A stretch of DNA of 64,000 bases from Chloroflexota bacterium. Lineage in GTDB: Bacteria > Chloroflexota > Limnocylindria > Limnocylindrales > CSP1-4. Of this stretch, positions 40,811 to 49,916 are shown one piece after another; within the stretch, counting starts at the first letter, position 1, and each line of letters opens with the position of its first letter. The translations under genes were made by a program, and so were the position numbers. The notes below the pieces were generated by a model. It was not told the origin of the DNA. It made no database searches and worked only from the letters and a program-made list of their open reading frames with translations. Location: positions 77,932-141,931 of the forward strand of contig PMKN01000089.1 in assembly GCA_003158675.1 (NCBI GenBank), written 5' to 3'.

Positions 40811-42382
40811 GTGCCCGCCGATGGGCAGACGGCGTTCCCGCCTGAAATCGATCCAGGCATCGCTGCGGAGCCCGAGCCCGGCTATGACGGCGGGGCACTC
40901 ATCACGGCATCGACGCTCACGCTGATCTCGTCGGCGACCGGCCTGGTCATCGGGTTACTCCGGTCGAAGCTGGTGGCCGTCCTGGTCGGAAGCAAGGGCG
41001 TTTCGATCCTCTCGAACCTCAACATCTACAACGCCTTCGCAGCCACCGCCGGAACCGCCTTTGCGGGCCCGGGCTCGACTCGAGCCATTGCCGCCGCGAG
41101 GGCAGAGGGACGCGACGAGCGGGTGGACTGGCTGATCCGCTACAGCTTCCTGGTTCCGCCGGCTATCGGCCTGCTGATTCTGACGGTCACCGTGGTCTTC
41201 GCTCAGCAGATCTCAGGTCTGGTGATGGGCGACACCCAGTACGCCGATCTGGTTGCCATATCTGCGGTAGCAATTCCACTGACCCTTCTCGGGGCCTCCT
41301 ACGCCGGGGTTCTCCAGGGGTTCATCCGAATCGGGTCCCTGGCCAAGGCGAGCATCGCGACGACGCTCGTCTCGCTCATCGTCACTGTGGCATTCGTGCT
41401 GGCCTTCGGCCTGAGAGGAGCAATCGTCGCCACCTCCATCGTCGCCCTGGTGCAGGTAGGCATCTTCCTGCTGCGCGAGCCCTGGGTGGTACGAGAGCGT
41501 CGCTGGCGCCGTCGACTGAGCTTCGATTGGGCCGCCTTGCACCCAGTCCTTCAGCTCGGGCTTGCCAGCGTGGCCCTGACCGTCGCAAGCACGCTGGTGG
41601 CTCTGCTGATCCGGAGCGACATCGTCCGCGTGGTGGGGCTGGAGCAGAACGGCGTCTACCAGCCCGTGGCGGCGATCTCGGACACCTACCTCGAGTTGCT
41701 GATTTCGTCGACTTCCTTCTACCTGTTCCCGCGGCTGACGGAACTTCTGAGCGCCGGCCGCCGGACCGACGCCTCTGCCGAAGTCGGGCACGGCTTGCGA
41801 GTGATCCTGGCCGTCACGGTGGTATTGCTGCTGCTCGCGATCGCCTTTGGCGAGCCGATCGTGGTCCTGTTGTACTCGGACCAGTTCCGCGGGGCTGCCG
41901 ATCCGCTGGCGATCCAGATGACGGGCAACATCCTGAAGGTGGTCATCTGGTCGGCCAGCGCGGCCCTCCTTCCGCTGGGGTACTACCGCGCCTGGCTCGT
42001 GCTCGGCCTGTGCCATCTCGCGATCAAGTATTTCGGGACGCATCTGCTTCTGCCGGGCATGGGCCTGGACGGCGTGGCCGTCGCCTATGACCTGGCCTGG
42101 GCATTCACCTTCCTGGCCGAGGGTTTCCTGGTCGTGGCCGTCATCAAAGTCGGGCCGCGCTGGCACGACTGGCAGCGCGCCATCATCGCCGCTGCGCTCG
42201 TGGTCTTCACCTTCGGTGCCCATTCCCTCAACCACGGCCTGGGCATGCTCGCGGCCGTCGCGGCGCTCCTCGCCTGGCTCGCAGTTTCGCGCGCGGATCT
42301 CGTGGATCTGGCTCGGACGCTCAGCGGACTGGCCCGGCCGCGCCTGCAGGCGCTCCGTCGTGGGGGCGGTCCCGGCGAGTAA
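40811..42382 (+). CDS. polysaccharide biosynthesis protein / Wzx-like flippase (MOP superfamily), second copy
   Basis: About 12-14 TM helices with Polysacc_synt-like topology. The start is uncertain: first in-frame GTG after the fcl stop is 40811; the track start 40556 would overlap fcl by 150 bp. Confidence 0.55.
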   Translation: MPADGQTAFPPEIDPGIAAEPEPGYDGGALITASTLTLISSATGLVIGLLRSKLVAVLVGSKGVSILSNLNIYNAFAATAGTAFAGPGSTRAIAAARAEGRDERVDWLIRYSFLVPPAIGLLILTVTVVFAQQISGLVMGDTQYADLVAISAVAIPLTLLGASYAGVLQGFIRIGSLAKASIATTLVSLIVTVAFVLAFGLRGAIVATSIVALVQVGIFLLREPWVVRERRWRRRLSFDWAALHPVLQLGLASVALTVASTLVALLIRSDIVRVVGLEQNGVYQPVAAISDTYLELLISSTSFYLFPRLTELLSAGRRTDASAEVGHGLRVILAVTVVLLLLAIAFGEPIVVLLYSDQFRGAADPLAIQMTGNILKVVIWSASAALLPLGYYRAWLVLGLCHLAIKYFGTHLLLPGMGLDGVAVAYDLAWAFTFLAEGFLVVAVIKVGPRWHDWQRAIIAAALVVFTFGAHSLNHGLGMLAAVAALLAWLAVSRADLVDLARTLSGLARPRLQALRRGGGPGE

Positions 42383-42440
42383 GCTTGTCAATCCCAGGAC
42401 GCGATCTGACGCGACTGGAGTAGTGCGAGGCTCCATGTAG

Positions 42441-43280
42441 ATGCGGACACGTGCAAGGTTCGGCAACCTCGTCGCGCACCTAAAGGGCGCCGCGCCCGGC
42501 TCGAGAGGGTCCAGCATCACCGACCGGGACGAGTACCAGTCCTTCTGCCAGCGCGCGGCGACCGACGATGCGGTCTTCGCCAGGTTTCGCCGGGCGCCCG
42601 TATACGTGGACACACTCGAGCATGTGACACGCGAGCAGGGCGCCGCCTACATAGAGGCAATTCGCAGAGATAGCCCGGACCTTCTGACGGACCCGGCGCG
42701 TCTGTACCACGTCAACGACAAGCTGGGCACGCCGCTTCTCTACGAGTACGAGGCCACGGGGCCGGTTTCGCCCGTGACCCTGCGTTACCTGAAGGTCGTG
42801 TCCGACCTGCGGCTGCTCTTCGGGGACCTCTCCAGGCTCGACATCGTCGAGATTGGCGTCGGCTATGGAGGCCAATGCCGCCTCATCACGCAGTACTGGC
42901 CCGTCGGCTCCTACACCTTGATCGACCTCGCCCCGGCGCTCGCGCTCGCGCGCAGATACCTGAGCGGGCTCGCCACAGACGCAGAACTTAGATTCGAAGC
43001 GCCCGACCAGGTCCAGGCGGGGTCGTACGACCTGTGCATCAGCAACTACGCCTTCTCGGAATTGACCAAGCCCGTGCAGCAGTCCTACGCGGATGCGGTG
43101 GTCTCCCGGTCCGAGCGAGGCTACATGACCTGCAACTTCGTCAGCGACATCTTCAAGATCGAGTCGATGGATAGAGCAGAGCTCACGGCGCTCCACGCGG
43201 GGACCCGCTGGCTGCCCGAAGAACCCCTTACCCACCCCAAGAACTCAGTCCTCGTCTGGGGAACACGCGATCCGGCATAG
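42441..43280 (+). CDS. putative sugar O-methyltransferase (class I SAM methyltransferase)
   Basis: Motif I IVEIGVGYGGQCRLI; acidic post-I LIDLAP; motif II YDLCISNYAFSE. Confidence 0.6.
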   Translation: MRTRARFGNLVAHLKGAAPGSRGSSITDRDEYQSFCQRAATDDAVFARFRRAPVYVDTLEHVTREQGAAYIEAIRRDSPDLLTDPARLYHVNDKLGTPLLYEYEATGPVSPVTLRYLKVVSDLRLLFGDLSRLDIVEIGVGYGGQCRLITQYWPVGSYTLIDLAPALALARRYLSGLATDAELRFEAPDQVQAGSYDLCISNYAFSELTKPVQQSYADAVVSRSERGYMTCNFVSDIFKIESMDRAELTALHAGTRWLPEEPLTHPKNSVLVWGTRDPA

Positions 43281-43291
43281 GAGCCGAGCGG

Positions 43292-44947
43292 CTAAGACCC
43301 CTCGGGCGCACCATCTGTCGCCCCGCGGCGCCTCGAATGAACGGCCGTCCCGATCCGCGACCGCAGGAGCCTGGCTCGAACGATCGGCCAGCGCCGGAGT
43401 CTGCGATCCCACCGATACACGGACGGGTGGTTCCGGCTCATCTGGTCCCGCAGCTCGGCATCGTGCACGAGAGCGTCCGAGTACATCGACCCTTCACGGA
43501 CGCGGTACTCGAACAGCGGCTCGGGAATGCGCCGGGCGACGTAGCCGCGTTCCACCGCCCCGACCCAGAAATCCCAGTCCTCGTAGCCGTAGACCATGTT
43601 CGGGTTGTAGCCGCCCACCGCTTCCCAGACCTCCCGCCGGTATAGCGAGCAGTAGCCCAGGTAATTGACCGCGGGCAAGATCGTCGGATTGAACTCTGCC
43701 ATCTGGATGACACCGTCGGCGCCACCGAACCTGCGGTGGTCCGCATACGCGATGGCGATGCCGGGCTGCTCTTCCAGGAGGCGGTAAGCCCGTTCCAGCA
43801 TCGTGGGAGCAATTCGATCGTCCGCGTCCAGAGGGAGGACGTAGGAGCCGCGCGTCTTCTCGATTCCGGCGTTCCTGGCGCGGGCCAGACCAGCATTGGC
43901 CTGGCGTACGACTCTGATGTGTCTCTCGGGATGGAGCCTTGCCAGCTCGTCTGCGACCTGCCCCGTGGCGTCCGGGCTGCCATCGTCGACGATGACCAGC
44001 TCCCAGTCGGTGAACGTCTGAGCGAGGACGCTTTCGACCGCCTCCGGCAGGAACTCGGCCTGCTTGTAGCAGGGAATGACGATCGAGATCGCGGGGACGT
44101 CGGATCGCTGGGTGAAGACGAACGGCAGGTCCTCATGGGCCGCGTTCGCCACGTGATCCCGATAGTGCGCGATATCGAGGCGGCGGCCTTTGCCGAACTC
44201 CCGAGCCAGCGACTCCGCACTCAGCTCAGGGCGACCGTTGGCGCGGTTGGTCCAGGCCGATTGCACGAGGTTGGCGGGCACGCTCAGGGCCACGGACTGC
44301 TCATAGCACGCAAGGTGCGGCAGGTGTTCCCGGAACTCGCCCTCCCGGGCCGCCAGGGCGGCTTCCAGAGTGTTCGGGTTTCGGTAGGGCAGGGATTCAA
44401 GGAGAGGCAGAAGGTCGGCGGTCCGATACATGGACGAAGAGACCTCGATCGGATAGCCGAAGTCGTGTTCCATGCCCGGCCAGTTGAACCGGAGGACGCC
44501 AGGGGCCGCGGACCGGAAGTCCGGCGGGTTCTGGGGCTTGTCCATGGTGTAGCAATAGGTCGTGTTGCGTCCCAGTCGGAAGGAGAAGCCGATGCAGGCC
44601 GGGTCGTCCTCCAGGATGGACGTTGCGGTCGCGAGCGAAGCGTCGCCCACGAATAGCGTGTCGTCCACCACGAACAGAGCGAATAGCGACCCGGCGACCA
44701 GCTCGACGAGATCTCTCTTGAAGTCGTCCTCTCGCCGGAACTCCACGTCGGGGTGGTCCAAGCCCACGATCCGGTACTGCGCCGCGAATAGCGGCGTCGT
44801 TGCTGCATAGAGGACGGTTACGCGGGCCAGCCCGAGGTCACTGACGTTCAGGTCGAGCGACGCCAGGGCCGCGTCAAGCTGGAGCGGCCGGTTCTTGCTG
44901 AAGACGACACAGGCGATCTGGGGATCGCCCGGCTTGCCATTGGCCAC
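43292..44947 (-). CDS. two-domain glycosyltransferase (N-terminal GT-A domain + C-terminal GT2 domain)
   Basis: N-terminal domain: IACVVFSKNRPLQL...VVDDTLFV. C-terminal domain: ISIVIPCYKQAEFL...VIVDDGSPDAT...LDADD...YGYEDWDFW. Only 12 bp separate it from the convergent methyltransferase gene. Confidence 0.7.
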   Translation of the reverse strand: MANGKPGDPQIACVVFSKNRPLQLDAALASLDLNVSDLGLARVTVLYAATTPLFAAQYRIVGLDHPDVEFRREDDFKRDLVELVAGSLFALFVVDDTLFVGDASLATATSILEDDPACIGFSFRLGRNTTYCYTMDKPQNPPDFRSAAPGVLRFNWPGMEHDFGYPIEVSSSMYRTADLLPLLESLPYRNPNTLEAALAAREGEFREHLPHLACYEQSVALSVPANLVQSAWTNRANGRPELSAESLAREFGKGRRLDIAHYRDHVANAAHEDLPFVFTQRSDVPAISIVIPCYKQAEFLPEAVESVLAQTFTDWELVIVDDGSPDATGQVADELARLHPERHIRVVRQANAGLARARNAGIEKTRGSYVLPLDADDRIAPTMLERAYRLLEEQPGIAIAYADHRRFGGADGVIQMAEFNPTILPAVNYLGYCSLYRREVWEAVGGYNPNMVYGYEDWDFWVGAVERGYVARRIPEPLFEYRVREGSMYSDALVHDAELRDQMSRNHPSVYRWDRRLRRWPIVRARLLRSRIGTAVHSRRRGATDGAPEGS

Positions 44948-45113
44948 GAGGGCGCTCCTGAAGGGCGCGAGACGGGCGCGGTGACATCAACGCTGAGGCG
45001 CTCAAGAATAGCGCACGGGTCGCCGGCCAAGTCGACGCGCGACCCACCGCGCCCGGCCAGCTCGGTGGCGTTCAGTCACGAGCGGGCCGCCCAGGTGCTA
45101 CCGTTCCCGAGCC

Positions 45114-46634
45114 ATGAGACCCGAGAGCGGCGCCCGGCCGTACCCCGAGGTGGCGGCCCTTGCCGCACGTATTGCTTCGCTCGAGGGGCTTTCCGCCATC
45201 CTGGACGTGGGCTGCTCGTGGACTCCTGAGATCGCCATCCTCCACCCAAAACTCGACGTCGTAGGCGTCGGGCAACGGGGCTCGGAGGGGCGCCGCCCGC
45301 CGGGATTCCCATTTCGATCCTACGTGGACCTAGATGCGGACTCCGGAGCCCGCCAACTCGCGCGGCTCGATCCGGCGCGGAGTGTCGTCATGCTGACCGT
45401 TCCGACGGGGTCGCTCCCCGACCCGGCCAGGGGACTGGCCGCCCTGGACCCCTTCATCCGGCACGCGCCGGTGACAATCGTCGCGACCACCACTCCGGAA
45501 CCCGTGGCTGGCCTTCTCGCGGCCGCGAAGCTGACGCCCTCGTTCGTCGGCCAGACCCGCGCAAGCGAGCAAGACGAAGACAGGACCGCGACTCTGCTCG
45601 TGGTCGATCGCTCGCTGAAGGACGCCGCTCCCGCGCCCGAGACATTCCGCGTGGTGGCGATCATGACCGCCTACAACGAGGAGGATGTCATCGGGCCGTG
45701 CATCGGCAAGCTCGTCGGCGACGGCGTGGGCGTGTACCTCATCGACAACTGGTCGAATGACGGCACATACGCCGTCGCCGAGCAGTTCCGGGGCAGAGGC
45801 CTGGTCGGCCTTGAGCGGTTCCCCGACGCCCCCACCGATCGTTACGAGTGGCGATCCCTCCTTCGGCGCGTGGAAACTGTCGCTGCCGGCCTGGACGCGG
45901 ACTGGTGCATTCACCACGACGCCGACGAGCGTCGCTGCGGGCCGTGGCCTGGCGTGGGGCTACGCGACGCCATGTGGCGGGTGGACCAGGCCGGCTTCTC
46001 TGCCGTGGATCACACGGTCCTCAACTTCCGACCGACCGACGACGGCTACGAACCCGGTGGCGACTTCGAGGCCTACTTTCGCGGCTTCGAATTCGGCCGC
46101 TCGGCGGGCCTGCTCCTGCAGATCAAGGCGTGGAAGAATTCCGGTCTGATCGACCTGACCAGCGAGGGCGGTCACGAGGCGCGGTTCCCGGGCCGCCGCG
46201 TCTTCCCCTACAAGTTCGAGCTCAAGCACTATCCGATTCGGTCTCAGTCTCACGGCGAGCAGAAGATCTTCCGCGATCGGGTCGCGCGCTGGGATCCGCA
46301 GGAGCGTGCGATCGGCTGGCACGCTCATTACAACGACGTTCGACCTCGGCAATCCTTCTTGCATTCCGGTCTGGGTCTGATCGAGGATCTCGGCCTGGAG
46401 ACTCGGGCCAGCTACATGCCGGAGTTCTTGGCCGGCGCGGGTCTGGCTCGGTCGGTTCCCCGCTGGGCGCTGGGAAGTTGGGCCGGGCGCACCCTGTACC
46501 TGTCGGCCAGCCGCTTCGGGCGGAGCCGAGCCTACGCTCACCTGCGCCGGCTCCCGCTTCTTCGGGTAGGCGTAATCCGCAGGACGCTGCGGCGGCTGCG
46601 GCGGCGGCTGGCCGGGAGCGGTGCGGAACAGTAA
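45114..46634 (+). CDS. GT2 glycosyltransferase with N-terminal Rossmann-like (degenerate methyltransferase-like) domain
   Basis: N-terminus: ILDVGCSWTPEIAIL...VVGV (motif-I-like but lacking the second Gly). C-terminus: GT2 (FRVVAIMTAYNEEDVIG...IDNWSNDGT...HHDADE). Confidence 0.55.
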   Translation: MRPESGARPYPEVAALAARIASLEGLSAILDVGCSWTPEIAILHPKLDVVGVGQRGSEGRRPPGFPFRSYVDLDADSGARQLARLDPARSVVMLTVPTGSLPDPARGLAALDPFIRHAPVTIVATTTPEPVAGLLAAAKLTPSFVGQTRASEQDEDRTATLLVVDRSLKDAAPAPETFRVVAIMTAYNEEDVIGPCIGKLVGDGVGVYLIDNWSNDGTYAVAEQFRGRGLVGLERFPDAPTDRYEWRSLLRRVETVAAGLDADWCIHHDADERRCGPWPGVGLRDAMWRVDQAGFSAVDHTVLNFRPTDDGYEPGGDFEAYFRGFEFGRSAGLLLQIKAWKNSGLIDLTSEGGHEARFPGRRVFPYKFELKHYPIRSQSHGEQKIFRDRVARWDPQERAIGWHAHYNDVRPRQSFLHSGLGLIEDLGLETRASYMPEFLAGAGLARSVPRWALGSWAGRTLYLSASRFGRSRAYAHLRRLPLLRVGVIRRTLRRLRRRLAGSGAEQ

Positions 46635-46737
46635 CTAGGCCCGCACCGGACGTCCTGCCGACGAGCGTTACGAACGAGGGATTCTCCGGAATGGCTCCTG
46701 TCGGCGATGCTAGCCACGTTCCAGCCTTGGAGGTCTC

Positions 46738-49700
46738 ATGCCCGTGTTCCGTCGCCGTTTCGCGACCATTGCCTCGCTTGCCGTGCTTGCAGCAGCGACC
46801 CTTCTGCCCGGCGGAGCCACGCGCTCCCTGGCAGCCGCCGCCTCGTACGGACCGAGCTCGATGGTTCTGTCTGAGTTCGACAAGGCGGGGGAATGGCTGT
46901 CAGGTTCGAGCAGCGGCACGCTGACCACGGTCACGTCGCCAAAGACGTCTGGCAGCGGCGCGCTCAAGATCGACTACAACCTGACCAATGCCACCAGCGT
47001 CAGCATCCAGCAATTTGGAACGCCGCCCGAGCTACCGGGGCTGGCGAGGCACGTCTCTCTCGACGTGTACGGCGACGGCAGCTGGAACGTGGTCTACTTC
47101 GAGATCCGCGACGCAACCGGAGAGATCCTTCGCTACTGGGTGGGGAACATCAGCTTCACGGGCTGGCAGACGATGTCTGTGGACATCGGGTCGGCGGTTC
47201 CCGTGTCCGGGCTCGACGGCAACGCGGACAAGGTTCTGGACCTGCCCGGATCCTTCAGCCAGCTGGTCATCTACAAGAACAACGGCGCCAAGGCACTCGT
47301 ATCGACGATCTACGTCGACAGACTGACGTATGAGTACGACCCGAACGGGGCCACCGCCGATACGCCGATCTTCGTTCCGTCCGCCGGTGGCTCTTCGGTC
47401 GTTCGAGTTTCCCTGGCAGACCAGGGCCAGTTCAACCTGCGTCTCACCGACGAGGCGGGCCGGTATCGGACGTTCGCGGGGACCGCCGGCAATGGATCCG
47501 ACTGGTCGGCTACGTGGGACGGTCTGGACGACGCCGGCAACATGATGACGGGGTCCGTCAGGGGGAGCCTGATCGTCGCCCGATCGACCAAAGCCATATA
47601 CCAGCTCCCCTACTTCGCCGGATTGCCGGCGCGACCGGCCGGCAGCAATCCCGCCTTGCGCGGAGTCAACTCCTTCCTCACGGAGATCGACACCGCCAGC
47701 CGAGCCAAAGCCGAGCAAGAGGCCCGGCTCATGGAGTCGGACTACCTTGGCATGGCGCGCGAGGAGTTCGAGTGGAAGCGCGTCGAGCCCGTCCAGAGCG
47801 ATTTCGAGTGGGCCAAGTTCGACCAGGCCGTCGCGATCGAGAGCGCTCACGGGATCGGCATCCTCGGCAAGCTGGTCTACGGATCGCCGTGGGACAACTC
47901 GGCTCCGAAGGGCACGCCGCTTGCAACCGCGCTCATGTACCCGCCGTCCGACATCTATCCGTTCGTGGACTACGCCGTCGCGACCGTCCACCGATACAAG
48001 GACAAGGTCCACTATTGGGAGATCTGGAACGAAGAGAACCAGTCCGGGTTCTGGAAGCCGCAGCCCAATGCGGCCCAATACACGCAGGTGTTGATGGCGA
48101 CCTACCGGGCCATCAAAGCCGAGGACCCGACGGCCACGGTGGTGCTGGGCGGCCTGTCGACCGGCCCCGACTCGACCTTCCTCAAAGGCATCAAAGACGC
48201 CGGCGGCTGGGACTACTTCGATGTCCTGGCCATCCACAGCTACGTCACCGGCAAGCCGGATGGAAGCGCCTACGAGCGCTGGATCACCGACGCCAAGAAC
48301 ATCGTGGCGTCATACGGTTCCAAGCCGATCTGGATCACCGAATACGGTTGGAGCAGCTATAGCGGCGGCACGACGACCGCCAACCAGAGCGCCTACTTGA
48401 TGCGGTCGTACGAGATCGCGGCAGCTGCCGGCGTAGCGGGCAACTTCTGGTTCGAGTTCGTGAATCGGGGCGCCAATACCTCGGACGTCTACCAGAACTG
48501 GGGGATCTTGAACTCCGACCTGTCCCCCAAACCCGCATACAGCGGCTTCGGGTGCGAGGCCCAGGCCATCTACGCTGGTGGATTGCCCAACTGTTCGGGC
48601 TCCGCGCCACCCACGCCTCCGGCGCCGCCCGCACCCACGCCTCCCTCGCCTCCGGCGCCCACGGATCCGCCCACGCCAAGCACCTACCCCGATAGCACGT
48701 TCACAGGGCTCAAACCGACCCGGTTGCTCGACACGAGAATCGGTCTGGGCTTGAGCGGCGCATTCACCGCCGGCACGCCGCGAACGTTCAAGGTCGCAGG
48801 CGATCTGGGCGGAAGCCTCGGAACGGTCGTTCCGAGCACGGCGATCGCCGTCACCGGCAATCTGACCGTGACTGCCGAGACTGCCCGCGGCTACGTCTTC
48901 CTCGGGCCGCAGGCGACCTCGACCCCGGGATCGTCCACCATCAACTTCCCGGCCATGGACAACCGAGCCAACGGCGTGACCGTGCCACTGGCGTCGGACG
49001 GGTCGCTGAGCGCCGTCTACATCGCCCCTGGCGGCGCCACTGTCCACGTCGTCTTCGACGTCACAGGCTATTTCGACCCGGGCACGAACGGCGCCTTCTA
49101 CGTGGCGGTTCCGCCCGTGAGACTCCTCGATAGCCGGATCGGCAACGGCCTCTCGGGTGAATTCGTCAGCAAGGTCCCGCGCACGTTTGCCGTCGCCGGC
49201 CGCCAGGATGCCAGCGGCAACGTGGTCGTGCCTGCGGACGCGCTCGCGGTGACGGGCAATCTGACGATCACCGGCCAGACGACGAACGGGTACGCCTACA
49301 TCGGGCCGGATTCGACCGGGAATCCAACCAGTTCCAGTGTGAACGCGCCCGCTCTCGACAACCGCGCCAACAACGTTGTCGTGGCCCTGGACTCGACGGG
49401 CTCCTTGAGCGTGGTATTCGTGGGCCCGAACGGGTCGAAAGCTCACCTCGTCTTCGACGTGACGGGCTACTTCACCAAGTCCGGCGGGTGGACGTACGTC
49501 CCGGCGACCCCAACCCGGTTGCTCGACTCGAGGTCGGGCAACGGCGCCAGCGGGGTCTTCACCAGCCACGTCCCGCGTGGTTTCGGCGTCATCGATCGCG
49601 GACCGGTTCCGCACGGCGCCTTGGCAGTGACCGGCAACCTCACCGTGACGAGCCAGACGGCCAAGGGGTTCGGGTTTGCGGCCCCATCCACAACGGCGAA

Positions 49701-49857
49701 CCCCGGGTCGTCGACGATCAACTTCCCCGTGGGTGACAACCGCGCCAACGGAGTCTCCCTGCAACTATCGTCGACGGGCACGCTTTCGATCGTCTACGTG
49801 GCAGGCGGCGGCGCCACAACGCACTTCATCTTCGACGTCACGGGCTACTACCACTAG
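46738..49857 (+). CDS. secreted multidomain glycoside hydrolase (clan GH-A TIM-barrel) with N-terminal beta-sandwich domains, Pro-rich linker and three C-terminal ~132-aa tandem repeats
   Basis: Signal peptide MPVFRRRFATIASLAVLAAATLLPGGATRSLAAAA. GH-A acid/base motif HYWEIWNEEN and nucleophile motif IWITEYGW. Linker PPTPPAPPAPTPPSPPAPTDPPTP. Three repeats each start xRLLD(T/S)R and end DVTGY(F/Y). Confidence 0.75.
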   Translation: MPVFRRRFATIASLAVLAAATLLPGGATRSLAAAASYGPSSMVLSEFDKAGEWLSGSSSGTLTTVTSPKTSGSGALKIDYNLTNATSVSIQQFGTPPELPGLARHVSLDVYGDGSWNVVYFEIRDATGEILRYWVGNISFTGWQTMSVDIGSAVPVSGLDGNADKVLDLPGSFSQLVIYKNNGAKALVSTIYVDRLTYEYDPNGATADTPIFVPSAGGSSVVRVSLADQGQFNLRLTDEAGRYRTFAGTAGNGSDWSATWDGLDDAGNMMTGSVRGSLIVARSTKAIYQLPYFAGLPARPAGSNPALRGVNSFLTEIDTASRAKAEQEARLMESDYLGMAREEFEWKRVEPVQSDFEWAKFDQAVAIESAHGIGILGKLVYGSPWDNSAPKGTPLATALMYPPSDIYPFVDYAVATVHRYKDKVHYWEIWNEENQSGFWKPQPNAAQYTQVLMATYRAIKAEDPTATVVLGGLSTGPDSTFLKGIKDAGGWDYFDVLAIHSYVTGKPDGSAYERWITDAKNIVASYGSKPIWITEYGWSSYSGGTTTANQSAYLMRSYEIAAAAGVAGNFWFEFVNRGANTSDVYQNWGILNSDLSPKPAYSGFGCEAQAIYAGGLPNCSGSAPPTPPAPPAPTPPSPPAPTDPPTPSTYPDSTFTGLKPTRLLDTRIGLGLSGAFTAGTPRTFKVAGDLGGSLGTVVPSTAIAVTGNLTVTAETARGYVFLGPQATSTPGSSTINFPAMDNRANGVTVPLASDGSLSAVYIAPGGATVHVVFDVTGYFDPGTNGAFYVAVPPVRLLDSRIGNGLSGEFVSKVPRTFAVAGRQDASGNVVVPADALAVTGNLTITGQTTNGYAYIGPDSTGNPTSSSVNAPALDNRANNVVVALDSTGSLSVVFVGPNGSKAHLVFDVTGYFTKSGGWTYVPATPTRLLDSRSGNGASGVFTSHVPRGFGVIDRGPVPHGALAVTGNLTVTSQTAKGFGFAAPSTTANPGSSTINFPVGDNRANGVSLQLSSTGTLSIVYVAGGGATTHFIFDVTGYYH
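48716..49857 (+). repeat. 3 x ~396-bp tandem direct repeats, in-frame and coding, within the glycoside hydrolase gene
   Basis: Repeat starts at about 48716, 49114 and 49510. Repeats 1 and 3 begin with near-identical DNA (acccggttgctcgac...). Confidence 0.7.
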
Positions 49858-49916
49858 CTCGCCCTCCTGCAACCCGTCGGCCGCCGCGCTTCCGGCGGGG
49901 GCTGCCCGCGGATGGG

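Noticed and set aside
41213-42613. 466-aa minus-strand ORF rich in D/E/R/H/Q
   Set aside because: Antisense to the second Wzx-like flippase gene; no motifs.
47032-49764. Two large minus-strand ORFs (401 and 484 aa)
   Set aside because: Antisense to the secreted glycoside hydrolase gene; Arg/Gly/Asp-rich shadow ORFs.
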